This document shows positions 9,313-18,477 of a DNA stretch of 61,040 nt, in pieces; the first letter of the stretch is position 1, and every line of letters starts with the position of its first letter. The notes under the pieces were generated by a model. It searched no databases and was not told the origin of the DNA. It saw nothing but the letters and a program-made list of their open reading frames with translations. The position numbers and the translations under genes are program-made. Source of the DNA: a virus (lineage: Duplodnaviria; Caudoviricetes). The stretch covers positions 1-61,040 of the IMG/VR virus record IMGVR_UViG_3300033233_000042; one strand, 5' to 3'.

Positions 9313-9354
9313 TACTCATAAATGCATATCATTCACAGAAAGTCAACACTTTAT

Positions 9355-10845
9355 TTAACTAACCCCGCCAATTTTCTGAATAATCTTCCCAACTGTATCA
9401 TTAAGCTCCTGAATACCCCGAGTCAGCAATGCGATCAGATCCATATAATTCAGACTTGCCTTGCCTTCCGTATCAATCGTCACAAGCTCAGGACAGACCT
9501 CAGATACATCCTGAGCAATAAAGCCAAATCGGTTGGCTTTTAATGGATCATCCACATACACGTATTTTACTGGTTTTAGACAGGAGATAACGTCCAGACA
9601 ATCAGTTTGAAGATAGTCTGATAAGGGCTGGACATCCGTTTTCAGATTTGCATCTGAGCGCTGAGTCAGTGTATCATAGTAGATACCAGAACAGGTAATA
9701 TTATAAGTGCCGAGACCGCCATACCAGCCAGAAGGAAAATCATTCTTGCTAATACCATGCACAGGATCCGGAACAATCATTGTCAGCTGACCCTCTGCAG
9801 TGCTGGTTGAGTAGGGGAATATAGCAACATACTTTCGGCCTCCACCAGTAGTTTGCAATATAAAAATATTATTGTTATCTTGTTCTAGATAGAAGCCGCC
9901 AACCCAGGTTCCATTAACAAAATAATCTAAACCAGTCATCGCATATGATGTAGTAGATACAGTATTAATTTTCAATCTCGGTTGGCTTGCACCAGTTCCA
10001 CTGAAAGTGATATTCCCACTTGTATCTACCACTACCCTATCTGTGTTATTAGTCCTGATGCTTAGGTTGTAATTGTCCACAGTTCCAATAAAAGCACTCG
10101 CTCCTGCCTGAATCCCAATGTTCCCGTTCACATGTAACTTGTATGACGGGGTCACTCCGATACCAACATTCCCATTTGTATCAATTATCACCCTATCTGT
10201 GTTATTAGTTCTTAGACTTAGTATATAGTTGTCTAGCGTCCCGATAAATGCATTCGCTCCTGCCTGAATCCCGATATTCCCGCCTACATGTAGTTTTTGA
10301 GCCGGGGAAGTAATACCAACACCGACATTACCAGATACAACATAGATCGGCGCGGCGCTAAGCTTAACATTCGCCGTATCAAACTGAACAAGCTGTCCTG
10401 TCACAGCATTAGTAGAATCCAGATGATAACCATCCAGATAATCCGCACAAAGGTTTGTTACCAAATTACTGCTGTTAACAACAAAGGGAGGGCTGGAGGT
10501 AACCTGAGAAACAAACTGTTGGGCTGTGATATTCCCTGAGCAGGTTGTATTCTGATCAGATCTCAGAAATTGACTAGGAAGGATCCCACCCAGCTTATCA
10601 GCATTTACAGCATTAGCAACCTTAATATCTGTCCAAGAGGAAGACTGAGCTATCTTTAGCGTAGTCCCATCGAACCAGAACTGGCCGTCATATGATATCG
10701 TAGGAGCAGTCGACCCGACGGTCACCACATTGCAGAGATAACTAAAATTTGCGTCCAGCATGCTAACGGGGAAACACTTAACCCCGTTTATTACCTGATA
10801 CTGATTATTGTTTATTACCTGCTGAAAGTTATATGGGACTTGCAT
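9355..10845 (-). CDS. Tail fibre with C-terminal intramolecular chaperone (peptidase S74-like), 496 aa, copy A only in this form
   Basis: GNVGIG..P..KLHV.G shaft repeats; SDANLK..LKPVKY..GFIAQDV..PELV..LNYMDLIALL chaperone motif. Confidence 0.85.
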   Translation of the reverse strand: MQVPYNFQQVINNNQYQVINGVKCFPVSMLDANFSYLCNVVTVGSTAPTISYDGQFWFDGTTLKIAQSSSWTDIKVANAVNADKLGGILPSQFLRSDQNTTCSGNITAQQFVSQVTSSPPFVVNSSNLVTNLCADYLDGYHLDSTNAVTGQLVQFDTANVKLSAAPIYVVSGNVGVGITSPAQKLHVGGNIGIQAGANAFIGTLDNYILSLRTNNTDRVIIDTNGNVGIGVTPSYKLHVNGNIGIQAGASAFIGTVDNYNLSIRTNNTDRVVVDTSGNITFSGTGASQPRLKINTVSTTSYAMTGLDYFVNGTWVGGFYLEQDNNNIFILQTTGGGRKYVAIFPYSTSTAEGQLTMIVPDPVHGISKNDFPSGWYGGLGTYNITCSGIYYDTLTQRSDANLKTDVQPLSDYLQTDCLDVISCLKPVKYVYVDDPLKANRFGFIAQDVSEVCPELVTIDTEGKASLNYMDLIALLTRGIQELNDTVGKIIQKIGGVS

Positions 10846-10851
10846 CCCTCA

Positions 10852-11151
10852 TTATACCCCCTCTAGAAAGTCTACAAGCCTTCCAAACGGTATTGTCGGT
10901 AAAAATGTCGCCTTCTTCTTAATCAAGCTTATCTCTTCCGAGGTTAAATCAATTACATCATCTTCACTCATAATCTTCTTCAACAACGTCCAGCACTTCA
11001 TCTTCTGCTCAATGTCCTGGGAATCATCTCTAGCAAGAGAAGCCAGGATGGCATTCCGGTAGGTTATCTCAGTATTGTCACCAGCAAAAACCATCGGTTC
11101 ACCATTCAACCCTAACATGACTTTGTCCAGATCTTCTTTCTTAAACCTCAT
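10852..11151 (-). CDS. Hypothetical protein, possibly fibre-associated (99 aa), copy A
   Basis: Conserved ORF adjacent to the fibre gene. Confidence 0.65.
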   Translation of the reverse strand: MRFKKEDLDKVMLGLNGEPMVFAGDNTEITYRNAILASLARDDSQDIEQKMKCWTLLKKIMSEDDVIDLTSEEISLIKKKATFLPTIPFGRLVDFLEGV

Positions 11152-11152
11152 C

Positions 11153-11572
11153 TTATCCCTCCTCTGTTAGAAATACGTGGTTACCAATTTCTGCCGCCAC
11201 CCTTAACTTATTCGCCCAAGAAGGACGCTTATTAGAGTAATACAAACTCTTGGTCATATAGTATCTAGCACCATCTATCTCATCTAAAAGAACCCTACCA
11301 TTCAAAACATTATCCGCTATTCTGTAAAAGATAGATGGAATATCTCTTTCCCCTCTCAACGCAGCTTGCAGGATAGAATAGTTAGGATCGTTCTTATTCC
11401 AGCAGGAGAACTGATAAGGTCGCAAGCACTCAGTAGCAGGATAAGTATTATTAGCCAGAGCACGATTACGAATAACCTGTGCCACAGCAATCTGGCCTTC
11501 GTGAGGTTCGCCTCTAGCTTCCCCAAATACCGTCAATCCTGTAATTTTAATATCAATTGGTCTTATCACCAT
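11153..11572 (-). CDS. Cell wall hydrolase (SleB/Hydrolase_2 family) endolysin, copy A
   Basis: TVFGEARGE..GQIAVAQVIRNR..YQFSCWN..PSWA..IGNHVF signature. Confidence 0.9.
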   Translation of the reverse strand: MVIRPIDIKITGLTVFGEARGEPHEGQIAVAQVIRNRALANNTYPATECLRPYQFSCWNKNDPNYSILQAALRGERDIPSIFYRIADNVLNGRVLLDEIDGARYYMTKSLYYSNKRPSWANKLRVAAEIGNHVFLTEEG

Positions 11573-11852
11573 AAGCCTTCACCTTCTGCAATGCCATTTC
11601 TACTGCTAAATTAAGGACAGAGAGCCCAACATCTATTCCAATGCTCTTAGCAGCATCCCCGAGTTGCTTAACAGCTTCTGTTCTCTTCTGTTCAGAAGTG
11701 AGGGTGTTATTCTGCATAAGCTTTGTGACAATATCTACCGCTACAGGAAGAAGTTTTTCTAGATAGTCAACAATACCCCGCTCAAACAACGAGAGAATGA
11801 ACCTTTCTAGCCAGGTAAGCTTAGCTAAAATCAACTGCTTAATGTTATTCAT
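11553..11852 (-). CDS. Holin-like protein (LL-H-like, 99 aa), copy A
   Basis: EQKRTEAVKQL..LNLAVEMALQKVK pattern, directly upstream of the endolysin. Confidence 0.5.
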   Translation of the reverse strand: MNNIKQLILAKLTWLERFILSLFERGIVDYLEKLLPVAVDIVTKLMQNNTLTSEQKRTEAVKQLGDAAKSIGIDVGLSVLNLAVEMALQKVKAYGDKTN

Positions 11853-12099
11853 TCTGCCTTCCTCCTATCGGCCTCTTGGTTGTTAACCTCAGCACCAAAT
11901 TAACCATAGCAAACAACCCAAGCCCTATTGTTTGTATATCCTGCTGAGACGTAACGCCTCCCGTCTTATAGTCCACAACAGCAGCAATAAGAGCGGCTAT
12001 GTTGAACCATACGGTCTTACTATAATACCAGCTCTTATTATTGCCAATCTCGTGCCCAATGTCAAAAATCTCTTTAATTATTCGCCACATGTTCAGCAA
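11845..12099 (-). CDS. Holin-like membrane protein (84 aa), copy A
   Basis: KSWYYSKTVWFN motif, two hydrophobic helices, basic C-terminus, in the lysis cassette. Confidence 0.65.
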   Translation of the reverse strand: MLNMWRIIKEIFDIGHEIGNNKSWYYSKTVWFNIAALIAAVVDYKTGGVTSQQDIQTIGLGLFAMVNLVLRLTTKRPIGGRQNE

Positions 12100-14683
12100 G
12101 CTCCTTTACCGCCTTAAATAACAATGCCAACATATCAAGAATGTTTATCGAACACATCCCATTACCACTTACAGTAACCCCATTCGGGAATACATCTTTA
12201 ACATAATTGGCTACAAACCCAACATGCTCCTCCTTACTCCCTTTTAGTAAATATCTATAGACGTCTATACTTTTAACTATAGCAAGAGCAGAGTCAGAGA
12301 ACAGAACAACATTCTCCTTCATTGACAGATCGGATCCTTGATTTATCGTCCCATTCACATAAATATTCGCATTTACAATCAGATGATCATATAGATACAC
12401 TGTTCTATTATCCCCATACATAATATCTGCTCTACCGGCAATTACAAAATGACCCGTCGAGTTCTGGATCCCAACCAAGCTATTGTCATCAGCTGGACTT
12501 CCCCAGGAAATAAACGTCCCATTACCAGACATAGGCATAAGGATCGCAGATTGGCTGAATCCGGAAGAATTCCTCAAGTTGAGTCCATAATCTTGATTAG
12601 CATCTGCGTTGATATCAATTTTCTTAACACCAATCGTGCTGGGAAGCTGAACATTCCCACTTATCGTTCCACTTACACTCAGATTACCACTTACATAAGC
12701 ATTCCCGGTCATAATTGTATCATCATATATATACACAGTCTTTCTGCTCCCATAAGCAGAATCAGGTCTGCCAAAAATTACAAAATGCCCGGTAGAAGCT
12801 TGGACACCAATAAGAGAGTCACTGTCTGGAGTGCTACCCCAAGTAATCTGAGATCCAGTCCCACTTGTTGGCATAAGGATAGCTCCTTGGGAGAATCCAT
12901 TAGATCCTCTGAAACTAAGCCCATAATCTTGCCCTGCATCTGCATTAATATTGATTTTTTTACAAGTTATTATAGTCGGAGGCTGATAAGTGACATTACC
13001 AGTGATATTGCCAGTAACCTTAAGATCACCATTGATCTGAACATAATCGCTCATATATATTACCCTAGTGCCGCCAGCACTGGTAGGCCTCCCAATTATC
13101 CAAAACTGGCCGGAACTGTTAACACCTATCAGAGAATCAGCACCCCATGAGGTATTCACAGGAGTCCATGCTACAGTGCTACCATAACCCCCCACAGGCA
13201 TCCATATTGCAGTCTGCGAAAAACTACCACTAAGTTTTATCCCATAATCTTGATTAGCATCTGCGTTGATATCAATTTTCTTAACACCAATCGTGCTGGG
13301 AAGCTGAACATTCCCACTTATCGTTCCACTTACACTCAGATTACCGGATATATAAGCATTTCCGGTCATAATCGTATCGTCATACAGATATACAGTCCTC
13401 CTGCCCCCATAAGCAGCATCAGCTCTGCCAGAAATTACAAAATGACCCGTCGAGTTTTGAATCCCTATAAGGCTATTATCATAGGCTGGGTCGCCCCAAG
13501 AGATAAACGTTCCCTTCCCGGACATGGGCATAAGAATTGCAGCTTGATTGAATCCGGAAGACCCTCTTAAGTTAAGTCCATAATCCTGAGCAACCGATGT
13601 ATTCAACGCAAAGCCAACAGAAGTGGTATAACCATGAACAATCAAATTCTCATAGACATGAGTATCTCTCGATACACCGTTGGACTTACCAGCTATGATA
13701 AATTGACCAAGAGAAGAGGAGATACCAATCAAGCAATCATACGGGTTGGTATTTCCCCAGTTTATGAACGATCCGTTACCACCTGTCGGCATCAGAATGG
13801 CAGATTGAGAAAATCCATTAGATCCTCTGAAACTTATTCCATAATCCTGATTAGCGTCTGCATTGATATCGACCTTCTTAACACTAATCGTGCTAGGCAC
13901 TTGATAAACTACATTACCAGTAATTGTCCCTGTCACACTCAAGTTACCATTTATAGTCACATCGTCCCACATTCCAATCTGGCGCCTATTACCCTTTGTA
14001 GGATCAGGCTTGCCAGCAATTACTAAAGTATTACCCTGAGATAATGACACACCAATCAAAGTATTATCATACGGAGGGTCGCCCCATGAGATGAAGTTGC
14101 CCTTGACCCCACCAGTCGGCATAAGAATATAAGCACCAGAGCAATCGACAGCGCCGCTCCTAAGGTCTATCAAACTATTTTGGTTGGTCTGCGGAGCTAG
14201 TCTTATGGAGATCGGGATCAGTTGACCACCGACATTGACATCATCATATAAGTTGATTACCCTTCTTCCGCTACTGTTGTAACGACCAATAATTTTAAAG
14301 TTACCAGATGTATCTACCCCTATTACAGATTCCCCAGCACCCCAACCTCCAGATGTAGGCTGCCACTGAATAGCCGAACCAGGAACACCAACCGGCATCT
14401 TAATAGCAGCCTGGTAAAATCCGGACGCATTGGGAGATAGATCTATACCAAAATTGACCCTGTTGGGATTAGAGACCGTAACAGAGTTTACAGTGATATC
14501 TCCAGATACAGATCCGCCTCCGCCACCCGGGATGTAGCTAGACTTTATCCTCCCAGAAAGAGGCGTGCCATTCTCAAACACATCAGACAACGCCTGGAAA
14601 TTTTCATTAGCCTTCTGCAGATCGTCCCTGACCTGTGTGGGGCTTGTCCCATCATAATTGAACGGCGTGCTATACCAACCCAT
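12074..14683 (-). CDS. Modular tail fibre/spike with ~100-aa repeats and C-terminal S74-like chaperone (869 aa), copy A
   Basis: About seven repeats of DYG..F.Q.AILMP.G.G..I.W....IG....F.I.GR....YD; chaperone SDLSMKENV..HVGFVANYVKDVFP. Confidence 0.85.
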   Translation of the reverse strand: MGWYSTPFNYDGTSPTQVRDDLQKANENFQALSDVFENGTPLSGRIKSSYIPGGGGGSVSGDITVNSVTVSNPNRVNFGIDLSPNASGFYQAAIKMPVGVPGSAIQWQPTSGGWGAGESVIGVDTSGNFKIIGRYNSSGRRVINLYDDVNVGGQLIPISIRLAPQTNQNSLIDLRSGAVDCSGAYILMPTGGVKGNFISWGDPPYDNTLIGVSLSQGNTLVIAGKPDPTKGNRRQIGMWDDVTINGNLSVTGTITGNVVYQVPSTISVKKVDINADANQDYGISFRGSNGFSQSAILMPTGGNGSFINWGNTNPYDCLIGISSSLGQFIIAGKSNGVSRDTHVYENLIVHGYTTSVGFALNTSVAQDYGLNLRGSSGFNQAAILMPMSGKGTFISWGDPAYDNSLIGIQNSTGHFVISGRADAAYGGRRTVYLYDDTIMTGNAYISGNLSVSGTISGNVQLPSTIGVKKIDINADANQDYGIKLSGSFSQTAIWMPVGGYGSTVAWTPVNTSWGADSLIGVNSSGQFWIIGRPTSAGGTRVIYMSDYVQINGDLKVTGNITGNVTYQPPTIITCKKININADAGQDYGLSFRGSNGFSQGAILMPTSGTGSQITWGSTPDSDSLIGVQASTGHFVIFGRPDSAYGSRKTVYIYDDTIMTGNAYVSGNLSVSGTISGNVQLPSTIGVKKIDINADANQDYGLNLRNSSGFSQSAILMPMSGNGTFISWGSPADDNSLVGIQNSTGHFVIAGRADIMYGDNRTVYLYDHLIVNANIYVNGTINQGSDLSMKENVVLFSDSALAIVKSIDVYRYLLKGSKEEHVGFVANYVKDVFPNGVTVSGNGMCSINILDMLALLFKAVKELAEHVANN

Positions 14684-14695
14684 ATCTCATGCCTC

Positions 14696-15061
14696 CTAAC
14701 TCTGTTTCTTTACCTTCAAAACTAACCCTCCAGCATTTATCACAAACGTTACACCTGTAATTATACTAAGAGAAGAGTCTAAAGTAAAGGTATAGAGCTT
14801 GTTGCCAGAGCTATCGAAGAAATAAATCTCATTTATACTCCCCCAATCCCCAGTTGCGTTAGGAAAGGAAATCTGAGAAGAGTTCTTGTAGTAATAGTAA
14901 GATGCATCCTCCGAGTCAAACACAAACAACCCAGAGGAGACATTCACCCTAGCATAACCATTACCAACCTTCTCCGTTCCGTTGTATCCTAACCCAACAG
15001 AAGCAATGTTGTTCATATTACCTATAATCTCATCAGACACTGTCTTTGTTAAAACTAACAT
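14696..15061 (-). CDS. Tail-associated beta-rich protein (121 aa), copy A
   Basis: GYAR..ISFPNATGDWG pattern common in fibre-base proteins. Confidence 0.6.
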   Translation of the reverse strand: MLVLTKTVSDEIIGNMNNIASVGLGYNGTEKVGNGYARVNVSSGLFVFDSEDASYYYYKNSSQISFPNATGDWGSINEIYFFDSSGNKLYTFTLDSSLSIITGVTFVINAGGLVLKVKKQS

Positions 15062-15062
15062 C

Positions 15063-15665
15063 CTATCCTCCTATGCAGTAATAAACATTATTGTTCGTAT
15101 CACAAAAAGCCACGTCAGAAAAAGTAAGTAAAGGATGAGATAAAGACAATTCATAAACGTCAGTTCCAGAACACAACCCATAAGTATTTTGATTGCTGTC
15201 GCAGAACATGCCTAACTCGCAGGCGTCTATCTCATAACTAGCTATCTCACCGGATATATCCATACCATAATTAGTCGGATTATCATAAACAAAAGCAAAC
15301 CCAAGAGCAAGGCCACCAAGCGTAGAAACTCCACTAACATTACTAAGAGAGATGTTGCCACCGAGAAACTCACATCCCACGGTAATATTGCCAGCCGGAA
15401 TATTGGTTATAAATGATACTCCCGTTACAGACCCAGAGAGAATAAACACATTCCTTCTAGACACATTGTTTGGATCCGGTATCCATAAGAGCAGATACCA
15501 AAGGAAGGGATGATCTATATTGAATCCAGCTATAACAGACACTTCTATCCACCAAGTGGTGTATTGCGTCCAAACAGGACGGTCTGTCCACTTGCCCCTT
15601 CTGATTGTATACCCTAAAGGAGATTCAATGCCTTCGTAATTTCTAGATTGCCAATCGCCTATCAC
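15063..15665 (-). CDS. Virion structural protein, short allele (200 aa), copy A
   Basis: N-terminal ~80 aa shared with the 400-aa copy B allele. Confidence 0.65.
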   Translation of the reverse strand: MIGDWQSRNYEGIESPLGYTIRRGKWTDRPVWTQYTTWWIEVSVIAGFNIDHPFLWYLLLWIPDPNNVSRRNVFILSGSVTGVSFITNIPAGNITVGCEFLGGNISLSNVSGVSTLGGLALGFAFVYDNPTNYGMDISGEIASYEIDACELGMFCDSNQNTYGLCSGTDVYELSLSHPLLTFSDVAFCDTNNNVYYCIGG

Positions 15666-16432
15666 ATTCCTAACCTCTGCTTAATCTCGTCTATCTCTGC
15701 TAATATGTCCCTGCCAGATACAAACAATCGATCATATATATCTACTCTTCGGTAGTCCGGAGTAATGTATCTTCCCACAATGGCAAACTTCCCATCATCA
15801 GAAGGACTAGTGGAATTAGTGAGCACACCTACGAAAGACTCCTTCCCATAGCCGCCGTGCTCAGTCGGTGTCCATTGAATAATAGACGACATCTGAACAC
15901 CAGGAGCAGGAAGAACAATCGCTCCCTTAGAACAACCTGCACCATTCCCAGTGTTGAACCAAGACATGTCTATACACGCTTCTACATTGGAATGAATGAG
16001 CTTCTGAGAGAAGTAAATACCTGTCATATGGAAATCCGAAAGGTCTATCCCATCCTGCCAGTAGCCCATAACATGTATAGCACAAGAGCAGGGCTTGGCC
16101 GCTTCGTTCGTAGCTGTGCAAAGATGTAAGCCGCAAATAAATGGATCCGGAATCTCTGTTCTCGCAGGCTTAACACCAGCCCTAGTTGTATTAGCATCCA
16201 GCTCCAGAGCTATGCATACCTTGCCGCCGGCATCAGATGTAACTACAAAATTTGCACCCCAAATATACTGCCTGCCGTTGTGATCGTCTATGTCCGAAAA
16301 GATGTTTACTATATTGTCCTTAACTGGATTGGGTATGTTCGGATTATCAGATGTGCGAACAAATACACCTACTGCCTGCCCTACGTCTATAGTGTTAATA
16401 TTGCTATAGACTACAATAGGATTCCCACCCAA
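15662..16432 (-). CDS. Fibre-like virion protein with one fibre repeat module (~256 aa), copy A
   Basis: TTG start at 16432 lies 7 nt after GGAGG, just past the portal stop. The C-terminal segment matches the repeat of the 869-aa fibre. Confidence 0.65.
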   Translation of the reverse strand: MGGNPIVVYSNINTIDVGQAVGVFVRTSDNPNIPNPVKDNIVNIFSDIDDHNGRQYIWGANFVVTSDAGGKVCIALELDANTTRAGVKPARTEIPDPFICGLHLCTATNEAAKPCSCAIHVMGYWQDGIDLSDFHMTGIYFSQKLIHSNVEACIDMSWFNTGNGAGCSKGAIVLPAPGVQMSSIIQWTPTEHGGYGKESFVGVLTNSTSPSDDGKFAIVGRYITPDYRRVDIYDRLFVSGRDILAEIDEIKQRLGM

Positions 16433-16445
16433 AGAAGCACCTCCA

Positions 16446-17921
16446 TTACTTCCCTTTCTCTTGCTCTTTGGCTTCTTGAACAAGCGCAGCCTCCCTCGCT
16501 CTCTGTAACATAATCTTTATCCTATCTTTGTGTGGAATCGGTAACAACTCTATCGCTACCTCCGGTGGTATGAGACCACGTGCGTTTAACTCTAGAATGA
16601 GCGTAGTAAAGTTTTGCAAAAGGACAGGAGATGTAGTGTGAGCATATACTTCTACTCTGAGAGGCGTCTTTGCTAAGAGAGGGAATTTGTCTGTGCATAA
16701 GACCTTATACATAGCATACAGGGTCATCACCCGCTCGATAAATTGCTCAAATTTGAGTGCACGAACGATTACTTCCGAAGAGGAAAATTGGGATGCTAAG
16801 AGAGCATGTGTGTAAGACCTTATATTCTTAGCACTGTGACCCAGCATAACTTCTGATATGCCAATGGTATCCAGAATGTTCCTCTCATACCGATCAGACA
16901 AAGTGGAAAGAACACCTGGATCTATCTTAGGAACAACCTCTTCTACAGCCATATCCGGACTGTCTACAAGCACTACACCGGAGGGTTTGCGAAGTTCATT
17001 TACTACGTCTTCCCTTGTTAAGAGACCCTGGAAAGATTTTAGAATGACCGGAGGATATGCTAATCTCTCTACCAAAGAGGGAAGTTGCTCTTCTATGTCG
17101 TTTATCCCTTCCTGCGCAGGTATGCACTGCTCGCCGTTTACAAAACCATAAATGTTGCCAGGAAGGTAAGATGGAACATAGAAGGCAAAAGGATGATCGG
17201 ATACAAACGGGGATTTGAAATGATCACGAATGGTATAATCTAGACCCAATGTCGCTACATAACATGAGCCTTCTCCCGGGTCTTTATACCAGACTTCATA
17301 GACTTCATAATACTCGTTCGGATTCAAATCTATGACCCGTGTGAGCTCGTCTGTAGAACTGACTACATCAAAGAATCTGCTAAAAGGAGAAACTGTCCTG
17401 TCTGGAATAGATACTTTGCCGAACCGCTTCTCATACTCGTCCCTGCCCATACGAAGCACATAAACAAGAATCTGTGAGTCGTCGTCCATCTCTAGATCAG
17501 GATAATAGAAGAGAATATCGAAGGGGAAAACTGGACGGAATTTTACGCCGTCTTTTCTGGGCTCTACACGAAGACCAATGAAGCCCCAGAGTTCGCCTAA
17601 TTTCGCCAGGTCATACAGAATAACATCTACGCCTTCTCTGTAAAAACCATCTTGCACTTCCTTTAGCAGAGCGTCCGATACGTCTGGTTGAAGCTCGAAG
17701 ATAACATTGTCAGAACGATAGATCAAAGAGGAAATGAGGTTGATATATCTGCGGAGGACGTTTTTGGAAGTTCGGATGTCTATGAATGACTCTAGGACAC
17801 GTAGGTATCTATCCACTAAAGCAGGACGTCTGGATATGCAAGTGGATACGATCTCCCGAAGCTCTTCCTCAGATTTGCGTCTGTCTTGCTTAATAAATTT
17901 CTCAGATTCCACTACTTTCAT
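16446..17921 (-). CDS. Portal protein (491 aa), copy A
   Basis: Size, first large gene of the structural arm, YEVYEVW and HPFAFY..GNIYG..Q..IN podovirus portal-like patterns, and very few substitutions between copies. Confidence 0.75.
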   Translation of the reverse strand: MKVVESEKFIKQDRRKSEEELREIVSTCISRRPALVDRYLRVLESFIDIRTSKNVLRRYINLISSLIYRSDNVIFELQPDVSDALLKEVQDGFYREGVDVILYDLAKLGELWGFIGLRVEPRKDGVKFRPVFPFDILFYYPDLEMDDDSQILVYVLRMGRDEYEKRFGKVSIPDRTVSPFSRFFDVVSSTDELTRVIDLNPNEYYEVYEVWYKDPGEGSCYVATLGLDYTIRDHFKSPFVSDHPFAFYVPSYLPGNIYGFVNGEQCIPAQEGINDIEEQLPSLVERLAYPPVILKSFQGLLTREDVVNELRKPSGVVLVDSPDMAVEEVVPKIDPGVLSTLSDRYERNILDTIGISEVMLGHSAKNIRSYTHALLASQFSSSEVIVRALKFEQFIERVMTLYAMYKVLCTDKFPLLAKTPLRVEVYAHTTSPVLLQNFTTLILELNARGLIPPEVAIELLPIPHKDRIKIMLQRAREAALVQEAKEQEKGK

Positions 17922-18181
17922 AGCTCGCCTTTCTTAATGCCAGATTTGCCAAAGGCTTCATACTTGAGAGGGTTCGACTTAAACACATCCGCTATGCCAG
18001 AGAAGTCCTCCATATGCGCTTCCTTGCCAAGAAGAGAACGAGCTTCTGACATGTCTATATAGCCAGGAGAGGAAAGTAGCCTCTGATTCTGCTTGGCCTG
18101 ATACCGACCTTCCTCGCACTGCTCTAACAATCTTTCCTGCAAAGGAGAACGCTTGCCTTTTACAATAATATACATATCCAC
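17918..18181 (-). CDS. Hypothetical protein upstream of portal (87 aa), copy A
   Basis: AGGAGG RBS; conserved in copy B. Confidence 0.7.
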   Translation of the reverse strand: MDMYIIVKGKRSPLQERLLEQCEEGRYQAKQNQRLLSSPGYIDMSEARSLLGKEAHMEDFSGIADVFKSNPLKYEAFGKSGIKKGEL

Positions 18182-18327
18182 CTCCTATATTAATCCAAGA
18201 TAACAATAACAAAAAGGAAGAAAAAAGCAAGAGAAAAATGCAGGGGAAATTATTCGGTGGGGGGAGGGATCACACGGCGCCCAGCAGTAGCATCCAAGCA
18301 GTCCCGATGGCATAGCGCACACTATCT

Positions 18328-18415
18328 GAATGACTGTTCAGTCACGCAAGGAATGACCTAGTAGTCACTATGTGAATGACCATTCAGTCGCCCAAGCGAA
18401 TGACCAGTCAGTCAC
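18328..18415. repeat. Four tandem GAATGAC-N5-AGTCRC units (period 23-24 bp), copy A
   Basis: Units start at 18328, 18351, 18374 and 18398, each with a TGAC..GTCR dyad core. Confidence 0.85.
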
Positions 18416-18458
18416 CCAATGAAACTTAACGAGCGGCAAGTAAGGCTTACGTAGGTTT

Positions 18459-18477
18459 GGGAATGATTATCATTATC
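18459..18477 (-). promoter_or_regulatory. Fur-box-like site
   Basis: Minus strand GATAATGATAATCATTCCC matches the Fur consensus GATAATGATAATCATTATC at 17/19. Confidence 0.55.

Noticed and set aside
12074-14683. Diversity-generating retroelement or invertible fibre switch
   Set aside because: No reverse transcriptase or site-specific recombinase was seen. Repeats are direct and in frame, and differences are not confined to adenines.
555-17937. Plus-strand ORFs in the structural arm (e.g. 555-905, 7113-7577, 12449-13150; also 39454-40038, 48248-49060)
   Set aside because: Antisense shadows of real genes, lacking RBSs and mostly not length-conserved between copies.
18328-18415. CRISPR-like mini-array
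   Set aside because: Units are 18 bp with only 5-6 nt between them; there are no spacer-length unique sequences and no cas genes.
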